Source: Xylographa opegraphella
Lineage: Eukaryota
Assembly (NCBI GenBank): GCA_022813865.1
Contig: JALDZX010000031.1
Coordinates: 124,001-188,000 of the forward strand
Direction: 5' to 3'
Length of the DNA stretch: 64,000 bases
Shown piece by piece: positions 27,274 to 39,591 of this stretch. Made by a program: the position numbers and the translations under genes. A model generated the notes under the pieces. It was not told the DNA's origin and searched no databases. It saw only the letters and a program-made list of their open reading frames with translations. Within the stretch, counting starts at the first letter, position 1; each line of letters opens with the position of its first letter.

Positions 27274-30242
27274 TCAAAGGCCATTCTCCCGCTTAAACCG
27301 ATCCCACGCCTCATTTAGCGTGCTAAACACCGCTCCACTGATCATGACCTGCTCCGTCGTCGCATTCTGCGGCAACTATGATCCCAGTCAGCGAACAACA
27401 TCTTCCCCCTTGATTGATTACCCCCCGAACGCAAGAAAACCCGTACCTTGTCCGGATGCACCTTCGCGATGCCCCGCATATACGCAACCTTGACCTTCCC
27501 CGGCACGATCAACTCGCTCATTCCCACTTTCCGCCACCCGGCGCCCTCCCACAGTACCGTATCCAGACTCCCCAGCAGCGCGCGCAGATTACCCTCCTTA
27601 CCCTTCCGCCACCGGTTCAGCCGCTCGTCGACCGAGTCCGCGAGTGCGAACTTTTCGTCGTCCACGCGCTCCGCCTGGGCATTGGCGGCGCGAAGACGGG
27701 TGACCGCTTCCGCAGAGGGGGCACTGCTGGACAAAGTAGCCCGGCCAGAAAGGTCGTCGAGGGCGGAGCGGGTTGGTGCAGGCTTTGATGGGGGTTTGCG
27801 CACTTTCGAGGGAGGCGGACGAGCTGGATCCGCATTGGATCCGCTGCCAGCGGCTTTCTCGCAGCGGTTGCGGCCTTGTATGCTGATGCTACCGCCCACG
27901 TTGGCTGCAATACAGTCTTTCCATGCTTGCAAGGCGTCGGTCCAGCGCTCGAGCTGCTCGAGCGCTTCGGCTTTGCGAGTTATGGCTTTGCCCCAATACA
28001 AGGCCATAGGTTTGTGTCCCTCGCTAGGCCCGAGGTCGATGGCTTCCGATCGGCCTTTCGAAGGGCCAATAAGGGCAAGGGCAGAGTCAGCGTCGGAGAG
28101 GGAGGCTTTAGAATCGCCAGTTTTGAGATTGGTAAGGGCACGATTGGTGAGAAGGACGATGGTGAGAGGGTGAGAAGGAGGGAGAGCCGTGAGAGACAGG
28201 GTGTAGGCAGCGGTAGCTTCAGCGTAATTGCCGAGCTTGAAAGCGGAGGTGCCGGCTTGACGATGCGCGGTGGATGACTGCAGAGCTATGGACGAGAGTG
28301 TTATGACTTTGCGGGTCGGTGCTGGTGGGTCAGACGGCAACGTAGTGGCTACTAAGGTTCGAGGCTGGGGTGCTAGAGGTAGTTTTGGTTGAGATTGGCG
28401 AGGAGGTTGTGGAGTATCACCAAAGAGGAGTGCCGGTTCCGGTTCGGTTGCTTTTGGCGGAGCCTTTCTTCGTCGCGCAGGACTTTTATAAGGTTGCGAG
28501 TTTCCGTCTGCAAATTCTTCTCGGCCTAGCCTTGATCGAGGTTGAGGCATCGGTTGTTGTTGGCCAAATCTAGGTAGAGCTGTTGGAATTTGAGCATTTG
28601 ATACCGTTGGAGATTGGTTTCTCGGGAAACCTGAAGGATGTACCGTATCTTGGTCGGGTTTTGTAGTTTGCGCCTTCTCCCATGGTCTTGGCCGCACATC
28701 GCGCGCCTCCAGCATCAGTGCTTCGTCAGTGATGGATGAAGATGACTTTGCAGGAGGAGATTGCGGTCCTATTCTTTGCCGACTGGGTTTGTCTACCTCG
28801 TTGGATTCCTGTCTTGGAGATTGACGCGCCCTTGGATTTTGCTGCTCGGGTCGAGTATCACGCATCCACTTCGGTTGGGTAGAATCACTATCAGAGTTGA
28901 AATCAGACACTGCTTGATTGATCTTCTTTGTGCTGGTTTTCCACAATGAGTTTGCAGTCTTCAATAAATTATTGCCAAGTTCTGCAGCAATTTTGGCCGG
29001 ATCCTTGTCGCCGAAAGCAGGAGAACGACTGTCTTCTCGCCTTTGAATCAAGTTTGAACGACTTTGCTGTTGCATCCAGGTCGGCAGTGCACTATTGGCC
29101 TCAGGACTGATCGTTCCGCTGGGCCTGAGACGCTGGTCACGACTTACGTCATTGCCAGAATATCTGCCTCTAGGCTCGGGAGTATTGCTTTTCATACGCG
29201 ATTCCTCGTGAGCTTGATGTAGGAGTAGGCCAACGGCGGCCTGCACATTCAACCCCGACTCTGTCGATTCCAAAGCCTGTCTTGACCGCTCTGCAGGAAA
29301 TCCCATGTCTACAAGTTCAGCAATAGCCTTATCAAGTGGTGTAGAAGACGCGGGAGGAGCTTCATCTTGATGGTCGGATTCTCGGAGTCGCGGGATTTGC
29401 AAGTCCGATACTGGTCGTCCTAACAATCCAAGGACATCGTCTTCGTCATATTGAGGTGACGACAACGAATTTGCAAGATTTGCAGGTGCAGTGACACCCA
29501 AGCCGAAAGGATCATCATCAGGACCTTGAGAATAGTTACCGCTACCTGCGCCAATGCCACTCGATTTCGGACCATGCTGATCTGTTGCGGGCAGTTGGAC
29601 ATCATCGTTGTCTGCCATATCCGAAGAGACTGGAAAGTCACTGGAGCGATCAACCGGAGTATCGGCGTCAAATGCCGCAAGAAGATCGCCGTCGACGCCA
29701 GATGGCTGTCTGCGGGGTGCCACGAATGGCTTGCTAATGCTTGCAAAAGGCTTATTGATGGCCGCCGATAGCTTCTGTCCGCCATATTCGTCGGTACCAG
29801 TATATGATGGAGGTGCGATAATTCGGTCTGGCGTAGCACTTCCACTACCTAATTGATCCCAAGCAGCTTTATTGGTAGACTCAAAATGTCCATCCAGCTG
29901 GTCCTTTCGCTCCTGCACTTCCTTTGCCTTTTGTTCTTGCAACAGTCTTCGTTGTTCCTGTAGTGGGAGGTTCTTCGTCTGGCTTGTTGCTGTGCCAGGG
30001 ATAAAGGGTAGGAGGTTCGCGAAGCTATCGTTGGCAGGAGTTGATGTCTTGCTAGGAACAGTCGAGCGGGCGGAAGCTCCAGCTTGTGAAATCGAAGCGG
30101 TCTGCAGAGCTGGAGTTGACCTTCCAGAGATGGGCGGCGTAGGCCGTAGGGCCGGGTAGTAGTTACCGTTGTTTATCGGTAGAGGCTTGCTTGCTGCTGA
30201 TGAGCTTGAAGGGGTCCATTCTAGACCCGCTAGGTCATCCAT
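27274..30242 (-). CDS. SWA2: Auxilin-like clathrin-uncoating factor (UBA-TPR-J domain)
   Basis: MDDLAGL start, DPF motif, UBA (LVDMGF), TPR (GTSAFKLGNYAEA..TNRAL), KEGNLRALL, J-domain HPDK; spliced last exon FSTLNEAWDRFK. Confidence 0.9.
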
Positions 30243-32606
30243 TGTAGCAACTGTGCTCTCTGTGTGCGTGCTAGACCATGTCCAGTTCCCCAGCTGCGTT
30301 CATAAGAATAAAATTACTGTAGTCATCAATCGTGAAGCACGCTGGCAGCCCAAGTGTAAGCCACAGTGACATTTCGTGACGTTGTTGGCAACACTATCTT
30401 ACGACTGATAGCTGTTCCAGGCAGACGACACACAACATGAACGGAGGCAACAAAAATACCCGGGTTGCATGTCGCTAGACTTAGCGGCTCCAACCTTAAA
30501 GTAACCTCGGGAAAATAGCTGGGAGCTGCCCTAACCCCTGACTTGACGCCAAAACAAAGTACAAAAGATTCGGGCAGCCAATCTACCTTATAATAGTCCT
30601 ATCCACGGTCATGCTTCACGCTGTTTGTATTCATGACATCTGTAACAAAGCATTCTTGTGTCGAATACAGTCAACCTCTTTTTGACGAGAGCGCTAGGAA
30701 GACTATGAAAGAGCATAAGTGACCCATTCGTGACCCAGATGCCGCAAGGGCTTCTTGAGGGATTTGACCATAGGCTCGTCTCGCTAGATAACTGAATCGG
30801 GAAGTCAATCTACGAGTATGTGCGCAGTATTCGATACTTTTTACCCATGAACATGAGCGCACACCGAAGACTGTCCCGACTGCCCGAATAGGAATGTGGA
30901 GTCAGGAGACTGGCCACGAACCACCACTACCTCCCAGTCTAGTTTATCTCTGACGTCTTGGCCATTCTCGCCCAAGCAATTCTTAGCAATGGAAGAAGGG
31001 GAGCCATCTTGGGAAGAAATCAATTTCACAACTGGATTGCTTTAGGTGGGGCAGGGTCACCCAGACTGCATCTTACTCGTCGTTCTACTTCGTACACAAG
31101 GCGCGGAAGAGAGAGAGTAGGATAGAGTCGAGACCCGGAGAGAAGGAAACGTGGGTTCAGGAGAGCACGTACTAAGGAAGCCGTCCCGCATCCCGAATGT
31201 TAGCTTGTCCAAGCCGCGGACCTAGGAAAGGTAGTAAGCTTAGAAGACATGGTGAGAGTAGGAGGTAGAACTTAGACGAGGGGTTGAGGCCCTTGAGGGA
31301 AGCAAGTGGGTGTAGGTCACAGATGTACTATTGGCCAACAGCAAGACCGGGTAAAAGATCACTCCTGCAGGAGCTGCAGCAGTTGACCTCATCGCTCGGG
31401 CATCGGCCCCATACATGTAGACAGTCTTCTTCGTAGGTTCAGTACCTTAGGGTAGTAACTCCCTCGACGGACACAAAACCACGTGGGCAGTACGGCCACA
31501 TGGTGTATGTACAGTGGTGCTGCAGAACATCGCTGTCTGCAGACTTTGGAAAAGGATGCTTCTTTAGGCACGGAGGAAGAAACTGGAGAGCGTCCGCCAA
31601 AGCTCGTTACTCAACCCCCGCTAAGAGTGACTGTACCACCCTCCGATCCTGGCGCTTTGATCTAGTAGAAGGAGTCCCAAATTAGCAGGGGAAGTGCAGC
31701 ATTGGGGATGACCTCCAGGGGGTTTCGATGGAAATTAGGGCGTTAAACCGTGCCACACGTTCCCCGAAGCTCTGGTAGCGGCATTAAGCGTCCGCCGGAG
31801 CGGGCGCACCCCCCTGGGGCCCAAGAGGCCTTGCATTTGCCTATCGATTCCAAATCGAACCGAATCCCTGCACACATTCTTGTGCTTCAACTCCATCCGA
31901 AGTGGTGGCTGCAAAATCAACCCTCGATCACTCATCCTGGTCTCTGTCCCCCAATACATTGTGCCTTAGTTTTATGCCGTGGGGTAGATACCAGTCAGGT
32001 TACTCTTCAGTAAGCTCGTCTCCGCGTGAAAACTCTCTCAGGAGCTTCTTGGCCCCTCCACGAAACCTCCCCTCGGACCTCCAAGACAACATATGATCCC
32101 TGTCGCCGGTGACTCTGCTATCAACGACATACTCTCTCGAAGAAGGTGACCGGTACCGTTGGCAGATCTCCCGGCCCGGTCCAGATATGGGATAAGCAAT
32201 TTCGGTCCATCACTTTATTGTCGTTGCTCCTTGCTCCTTGCTCCTTACTCCTCACTCCTACCTACCTTACCCCTTCAGGCTTCTGTACCTTGCATGATCT
32301 CGATCCCAGGAACCATTGCCGGAGCTGTCAACTTTCGGCCCGTTACGATTTGTGAGTGACGGCGTCGAACTGACTTTGGACCGGCTTGTCAATCCTGCCG
32401 CTAAGGTACTTCACTCCTTGATCACGCCCTCGCGTGTTGAGCACGGTTTGTGAAGAAAGCTCTGGCCGACTGAGCTCCGTGCTCTCTTTGTCTTCCTCAA
32501 CCAGGCGAGAAGCTGTTCATTCAGAACAACCAAGCACCTTCAAACTAGATCCGCAAACAGTCAGACCTCATTTCTACTCGATACATCACCCCCTACACCA
32601 TCGACA

Positions 32607-34277
32607 ATGGGTCTCTTCAGTCGCAAAAGCTCAAAGGTTTCGAACGAGAGCAGGTCCAATCCCCCGAACAGCCCTGGGATCTCTAACGCCCCTCTAAAAT
32701 CCCCCGCTCCCTCGAGACTCACGAATGGCGGCACGTTCAGTACGCTGTCACTCACGGACGTAACCTTGCCCAGGCCACCAGACCCGCATATAGATCCTGC
32801 GGCTTACCTCCGCAGCATCTACGCGGTACGCGAACGCTGTAGATACATATTCGAAAAGGCCAAGAGGCACCAATTGAGTCATTTCGAAGTTGATATGTCC
32901 TTGTTCTCGAAAACGGCGGAATACGTGGTAGCAATAATCAAGGCACGACCCGCCCTCACTCTCCATTGGTCTGAACTTGCTAAGATGTTCGATTAGAGAG
33001 ACTATGCGCCAGATTATCCTTCCATTCCTCAGCATGGCCGATGGCAACACTTCGATGTGGGTGGCCGTCCCCGTGTCGACCAAATGATGGCGACATGGCC
33101 GTTGACGGTCGACAACCAGGAGCGTACCCGTCGCCTCATCGACCTCTTCTTAGTCTCCGTCCTTCTGGATGCAGGGGCAGGTACAAGATGGTCCTACAAG
33201 TCAAAAGAGTCAGGCCGATTCTATCGCCGAAGCGAGGGGCTGGCGGTTGCAACTCTCGAAATGTTCCGAGCTGGGGTATTCAGTAGCAACCCGGAGCAGC
33301 CATGTCAAGTGGACGGACCAGCCTTGAAACGACTGACTGTGGATCATCTAGCAAGGGGCCTTCAGGTCAGCGAGAATAATCCAATCAGTGGTCTCGAAGG
33401 GCGCGCTGGTCTATTATCAAGACTTGCAGATGCACTCAATAATCAAAACTTTTTCGGGACTGATGCAAGACCAGGAAATATGCTGGGTACGCTACCAGTT
33501 AAGTGATAGTGCTCAATAGTGCTGATGTGTCTCAGACTACTTATTATCACACCCTACCACTCGCGCATCCTCTGTCCCAGTAATCCCTGTACCAACACTG
33601 TGGGATGTCCTTATGGACGGTCTTGCGCCCATTTGGCCTTCGTCGCGGACTACAATTGCCGGCACATCTCTTGGTGATGCATGGCCTTGCAATTCCATGC
33701 CTGCGTCGCCACCCGCTCAGCCATGGGAGACGGTCGTGCCGTTTCATAAACTAACCCAATGGCTCGCCTATTCATTGATGGTCCCTATGACAAAGGTCAT
33801 GCACATTCAATTCGCAGGCGCAGATCTCTTGACTGGCCTGCCAGAATACAGAAATGGCGGCTTGCTCATAGACACGGGTCTGCTCACCTTGAAGGATGCG
33901 GACATGAAACGGGGACTAAAAGCATACCGGGACAATGCCCGACTGAAGGGACAGCCAGGTATGGAGGTTGTCCCTCTTTTCACGACCGACGACGACGTGA
34001 TCGTGGAGTGGAGGGCAGTCACCGTAGGTTTCCTCGACGAACTTTTGGGAGAGGTCAATCGTTTGTTGGGCTTAGAGAAGGGCGATGGGTTAACATTGGC
34101 GCAAATGTTGGAGGCCGGGACGTGGAAGGTAAGGATAATCTTTTGCTACCACATACCCCAAGAACACTGGATCTGACTTGACGTTACTGACAGGGTGGAC
34201 GAGAAATCGCCGAGGTCTCCCGGCCGAACACCAAGGAGCCGCCGATTATGATACTGTCCGACGGGACCGTCTTCTAA
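32607..34277 (+). CDS. URC4: DUF1688 / Urc4-Urg3 family protein (uracil catabolism) (4 exons)
   Basis: YLRSIYAVRERC, IPQHGRWQHF, LIDLFLVSVLLDAGAG, RSEGLAVA, PFHKLTQWLAYSL, LTGLPEYRNGGL, VEWRA, SDGTVF*. The first intron appears to be GC-AG. Confidence 0.92.
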
Positions 34278-35768
34278 GATACTTCCGCTCTATGGTTCTT
34301 TCTTTTGCCGGGCAGGGCATGGTGGCACATCTAACGAAATGAGGCTGAATCTTGGTCGCTCGCTGAGCATTTGTGGGAGCACTACGACTTGATGTGCTGT
34401 GCGCCCGGGAACTATGGTGATAGGCACGATCATGGAACCCCTGGAATACACCTCTTCATGACTAGAGCACTGTGTCTACATTGGAGTAGGCTGTCGATGT
34501 CTTCTACGTTGCACAGAGGTAAATGTCAAGCGATAGGCACACATGCACTTCTCGGGCCTGTGGAGACTTTATGCAATGTGCGTATATCTAAGTCTTAGAT
34601 ATAATACGAATCCTTCATGTGCACACTTTCCTGAAGCGCGTAATACGAACGTTCGAGGCTCATTCCATGCCGTCTTCGTCTAATTGTGACCATTTGCGAT
34701 ACTGTAAGCTTTTACTAAATTCCCTACAAATGTCTCTTAAATACTCCGCAACAAATAGATTTTCCCTGTAATACTCGTCTGTCATGATGGAGGGTAGGGT
34801 TGAGAACGGAAGATCAACCGTGCGAGACTATGTACGATATTGTATGTACCTATACAAACATCGTATGACAACAGAGATGACGATGGATATATCATAGACG
34901 AATTAGAAGGCTCAGCGTTATAAGCAAGTATACAGACGTCGAAATGACTGAACGACGAGCAAGATCAGGCAAACCAAAGATCTTTGTAGCTATGATAAGA
35001 TAGTTCGCGACCCGAGTCTGGAGTAGAGCATGAGCACCGAAAGCACGTCCGTGCGATAAAGCTGAGAGTATAAGACCTGGTTGTCACGCTGACTCGGCTT
35101 CATGAGTAAGAGCGAGGAGCGAAACCTGAACTATGACGGCTCATTGTGAATTTAACAGTTGATTAAGTCGGTTCAGACCATGGAGAGACCACACAAAATG
35201 GGGCGGGCAAGTCAATGACATCAGTGCATTGGAGTTCATTGGTACCGCCTTTGGAACAGATTTATAAATCCACACAAACGTTCTCTGGTCAGGAAATGGA
35301 ACGATCCACGTACCGGATCCGGAAACACGGACGATGTCGATATATAAAACTATATAATGGTTGTGCTTGTATGCGCAAAGGAGTACTCGTTCATATTTCA
35401 GTCATCAGTAACACAGCTGCTTCTGTTACCTGACAAAACAACTCAAAGTGCTTGTCCTCATCGCTGGCATAAGAGTCAATCTGGGCCAGGCCCTCCTTCG
35501 TGGCCCCATCTCCTAGGGCCACAGCGTCCGCGGTCTGGGCAGAGCGCATGGCAAGCTTTCTTCTGACCTTCGAGCATCTCTGGAGAGCTTCATCACGCTC
35601 TCCACCTGATACGATATACTCGCCATCAAGACGCGGTGGCAGATTTGATGCCGTGATCTCGGTGAGCTCTAATGTTGCCGGCCTCACCCTTGAAGGACAG
35701 CTCATCCTCCTCCGCGCAGCGGAGCGAGCGGGCGTCTAGCGCTATGTCGCAACTTCTTGGAATTGCGA

Positions 35769-35798
35769 CTGGATAGAGTCCCTGGATAGAGTCCCTGG
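35769..35798. repeat. 13-bp tandem duplication (CTGGATAGAGTCC)x2.3
   Basis: Directly visible in the sequence, upstream of the ORF at 35941. Confidence 0.85.
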
Positions 35799-35940
35799 TA
35801 AGCAAGCACGAAAGCTACGACGAATTCATTATATACAAGCGGCATCTGGAGCTTTCAACCTCTCGTCAGACACTATCACCAAACAATTTTATATCTTCAC
35901 CAGCGTCGTCGCCGGTTTCATCTTTCGAACCCCGATTGAT

Positions 35941-36416
35941 ATGACAGAGCTGCCTGAGATATCGTACTGGAATCCGAAGGACGGAACAGCTGTGTATTAT
36001 GGTGACGGTAAGTGCAGGAAGGAGTGCAAGACCTTTGCCGATGCCGCAGGGTACACTATCGATATAGTGACATCTAAGAATGCCGAGAACGTAGGTGTAA
36101 ATTTGGGTTTATCGGACGCCGGCGACGTTCTTTACATGGTGCAAGTTTGGAAGGAAGTGACAGGGAAGATCATCAAGTTGATACCCTCTGGCGAGGTCGA
36201 AGGGTTGAGGCAGTTGGCAATGGCAGGAAGGCAGGCACATCCGCTAGATCAGTGGAAGAAGTACATTGAACCATTTTATTGTTGGTTGATCAGATTGAAA
36301 GGGGTTGGTGTCAGAATGAAGAAAGTTTGTATACTTCAGATAAGGTGGTGCCGAGCAAGCTGAAGGACTTATTCGAGAAGCACGAGGAATGGTATGCGAA
36401 ATTCCAGATACAGTAA
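35941..36416 (+). CDS. Hypothetical small protein, exon structure uncertain
   Basis: 140-aa ORF with protein-like composition, TATATA at about 35830, a pyrimidine-rich leader and a possible in-frame 42-nt intron (GTAAGT..CAG, 36008-36049). 3' end unresolved (36363 or 36416). Confidence 0.4.
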
Positions 36417-36766
36417 ATATGAGAGTAATATTTGGCGATTGCTATACGATAATGCATTGCCACGCTCAATACTGCACTGTCGTCCTCGCGTATCGCAAGG
36501 CGGCCGTTTCATGTCGACTAAATCTTGCGTAACATCTCTTAACCCGATTTGTTCCTACAGTTCATAGTCCCGCACACAATTCCATTTCCTCCTGCTCATT
36601 CGTGTGAACCTCCATACACTCTTGCATAGGTACCTAGCTCGCTAAATCCTTCTCAAGATCTTAACGGCTCAAGCTCGATAGCAGCGTGTTTTCTGTTCCA
36701 GTCAATGGATTCATAGAACAACCGCTTCCTTAACACCTAGAACCGTATTGCTCACATTTGACTACC

Positions 36767-37789
<1,023 letters not shown>

Positions 37790-38071
37790 GGCAGACTCAG
37801 AGTTGTGAGCATGACAGGTGTTTCTGAAAGCACCTGTGTAACATGTCCGACGTATTTCAATGGTCTTGAACTCAGATACCCTTATTTAGTCCTGGGGAAT
37901 TCCACGAATTTTCAATCTGAGCTTCATTTCATCGACACTCAAATTATTGATTACAGCCAATTCACCAAAAAAACCACTTCACCACTCACTACTCAATAAC
38001 TCTCATAATCTCTAATCTATGATACTCTCCAATCCTCCTCGCCCCACACCCCACTCCACCCTCCGCAGACC

Positions 38072-38935
38072 ATGCTCCTCATCGGCCTCACCGGCTCCAT
38101 CGCGACCGGCAAATCCACCGTGTCCGCCCTCCTCTCCCAACCTCCCTACTCCCTGCCCATCATCGACGCCGACCTCCTCGCCCGTCAAGTCGTCGAGCCC
38201 GGCACCCGCGCATACAAACAGATCCTCGCCCACTTCGCCCCCACGACCCCGGATCTGCTCCTGCCCGCCAACCACGATCCAAACCCCGCACCACCCGGCC
38301 CCTCGCAAGGACGCAATGGCTCCCGCGGCCGGCCCCTCAACCGCCCCGCCCTCGGCCGCCGCGTCTTCGGGCGCACGCCCTCGCGGCAGCGCGACCGCGC
38401 GGTGCTGAACGGCATCGTGCACCCGGCCGTGCGGCGCGCGATGGCGGTCGCGGTGCTGCGGGCGTACCTCGCCGGCCACTGGGCCGTCGTGCTGGACATC
38501 CCGCTGCTGTTCGAGTCCGGGCTCGACGTGTTCTGCGGCGTGGTCGTCGTGGTCGGGGTGCGCGAGCCGCGGGTGCAGATGCAGCGGCTGCGGGCGCGGG
38601 ATCCGCATCTGAGCGAGGCGGAGGCGGGGGAGAGAGTGCAGAGCCAAGGGGGGGTGGAGGGGAAGGTGGGTAGGGTGAGGGAGAGGGGGGCTGGGTGGGG
38701 GGAGGTGGTGTGGAATGATGGGGGGAGGGAGGAGTTGCGGGGGGATGTGGCGGGCGTTATGCGGAGGGTGCAGGGTGGGAGTCCGAGGTGGTGGGCGTGG
38801 CTGTTGTTGGGGGCGCCGTGGTTGGCCGTTGGGGTGGGGGCGTGGTGCGTGTTTGTGGGGTGGTGGGCGAGGAGGAAGTGGGAGAGGAAGGAGAGGGAGC
38901 GGGAGGATGAGGGGAAGCCGAAGTTGAAGCTGTGA
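38072..38935 (+). CDS. CAB5: Dephospho-CoA kinase
   Basis: IGLTGSIATGKSTV P-loop, IIDADLLARQVVEPG, LNRPALG, LNGIVHPAVR, LDIPLLFE, C-terminal TM helix. Confidence 0.95.
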   Translation: MLLIGLTGSIATGKSTVSALLSQPPYSLPIIDADLLARQVVEPGTRAYKQILAHFAPTTPDLLLPANHDPNPAPPGPSQGRNGSRGRPLNRPALGRRVFGRTPSRQRDRAVLNGIVHPAVRRAMAVAVLRAYLAGHWAVVLDIPLLFESGLDVFCGVVVVVGVREPRVQMQRLRARDPHLSEAEAGERVQSQGGVEGKVGRVRERGAGWGEVVWNDGGREELRGDVAGVMRRVQGGSPRWWAWLLLGAPWLAVGVGAWCVFVGWWARRKWERKEREREDEGKPKLKL

Positions 38936-39591
38936 AGGGGCGTTACGTATCAGGGAAGTTCAGTTGGGACGTGGACTGCTAGAGAGAGCGCTATGTTTTG
39001 AGGTGGAAGTGGACCCCAGCAGTAAATGTGGCCTACATGGACAATCGCTGCCGGCGTTCTCGATGGCAGTCGGTGCTGGTGGTACCACAAGCGCGTCGCT
39101 GCCAGTTTACACAATCCGGGAAAAAGAAAGTCCAGCACAGGCTATCATGCACATATCAAATCAAAGCTATCTACTTCGATTGACTTTTACATTTTTATGT
39201 TGGACCGCTCCTTCTATTGTTGATCCGCCAGCACGGGATTGCGGAATGTCCCTTCTTCCGGTATCACAACGCCGTCAACGGTCCAACGTAAATGATAGAG
39301 AGGTCAACTATGTGCCTGAAGACACCTAGACACGCAAATGATATGCTTGACGCTCGAAAGCGTGGTAGTGGATCACATGATCCCAGGAGCTAGTGCAGGG
39401 TTGACGTTGCCAGACTTTTCAAACCGGCGAAAGAGTGTTCCATCGTTCCTTCCTCCTACCTACCTGTCAGTGTACCGCCCATATACTTTGCCATTGTGTC
39501 GTATTATCATCAAATTTGTCTTTTGCAGTGACGGTATACAGATATGAAAGCTGATTGATTCGTTTTTGGCAATGGAAGAACGTGTGTAAAA

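Noticed and set aside
30243..32606. 2.3-kb gap considered as a telomerase RNA or riboswitch locus
   Set aside because: No TAACCCTAA template and no TPP-riboswitch core seen; consistent with a divergent promoter and long UTRs.
32607..34277. URC uracil-catabolism gene cluster
   Set aside because: Only the URC4-like gene is present; no URC1 or URC6 neighbours in the window.
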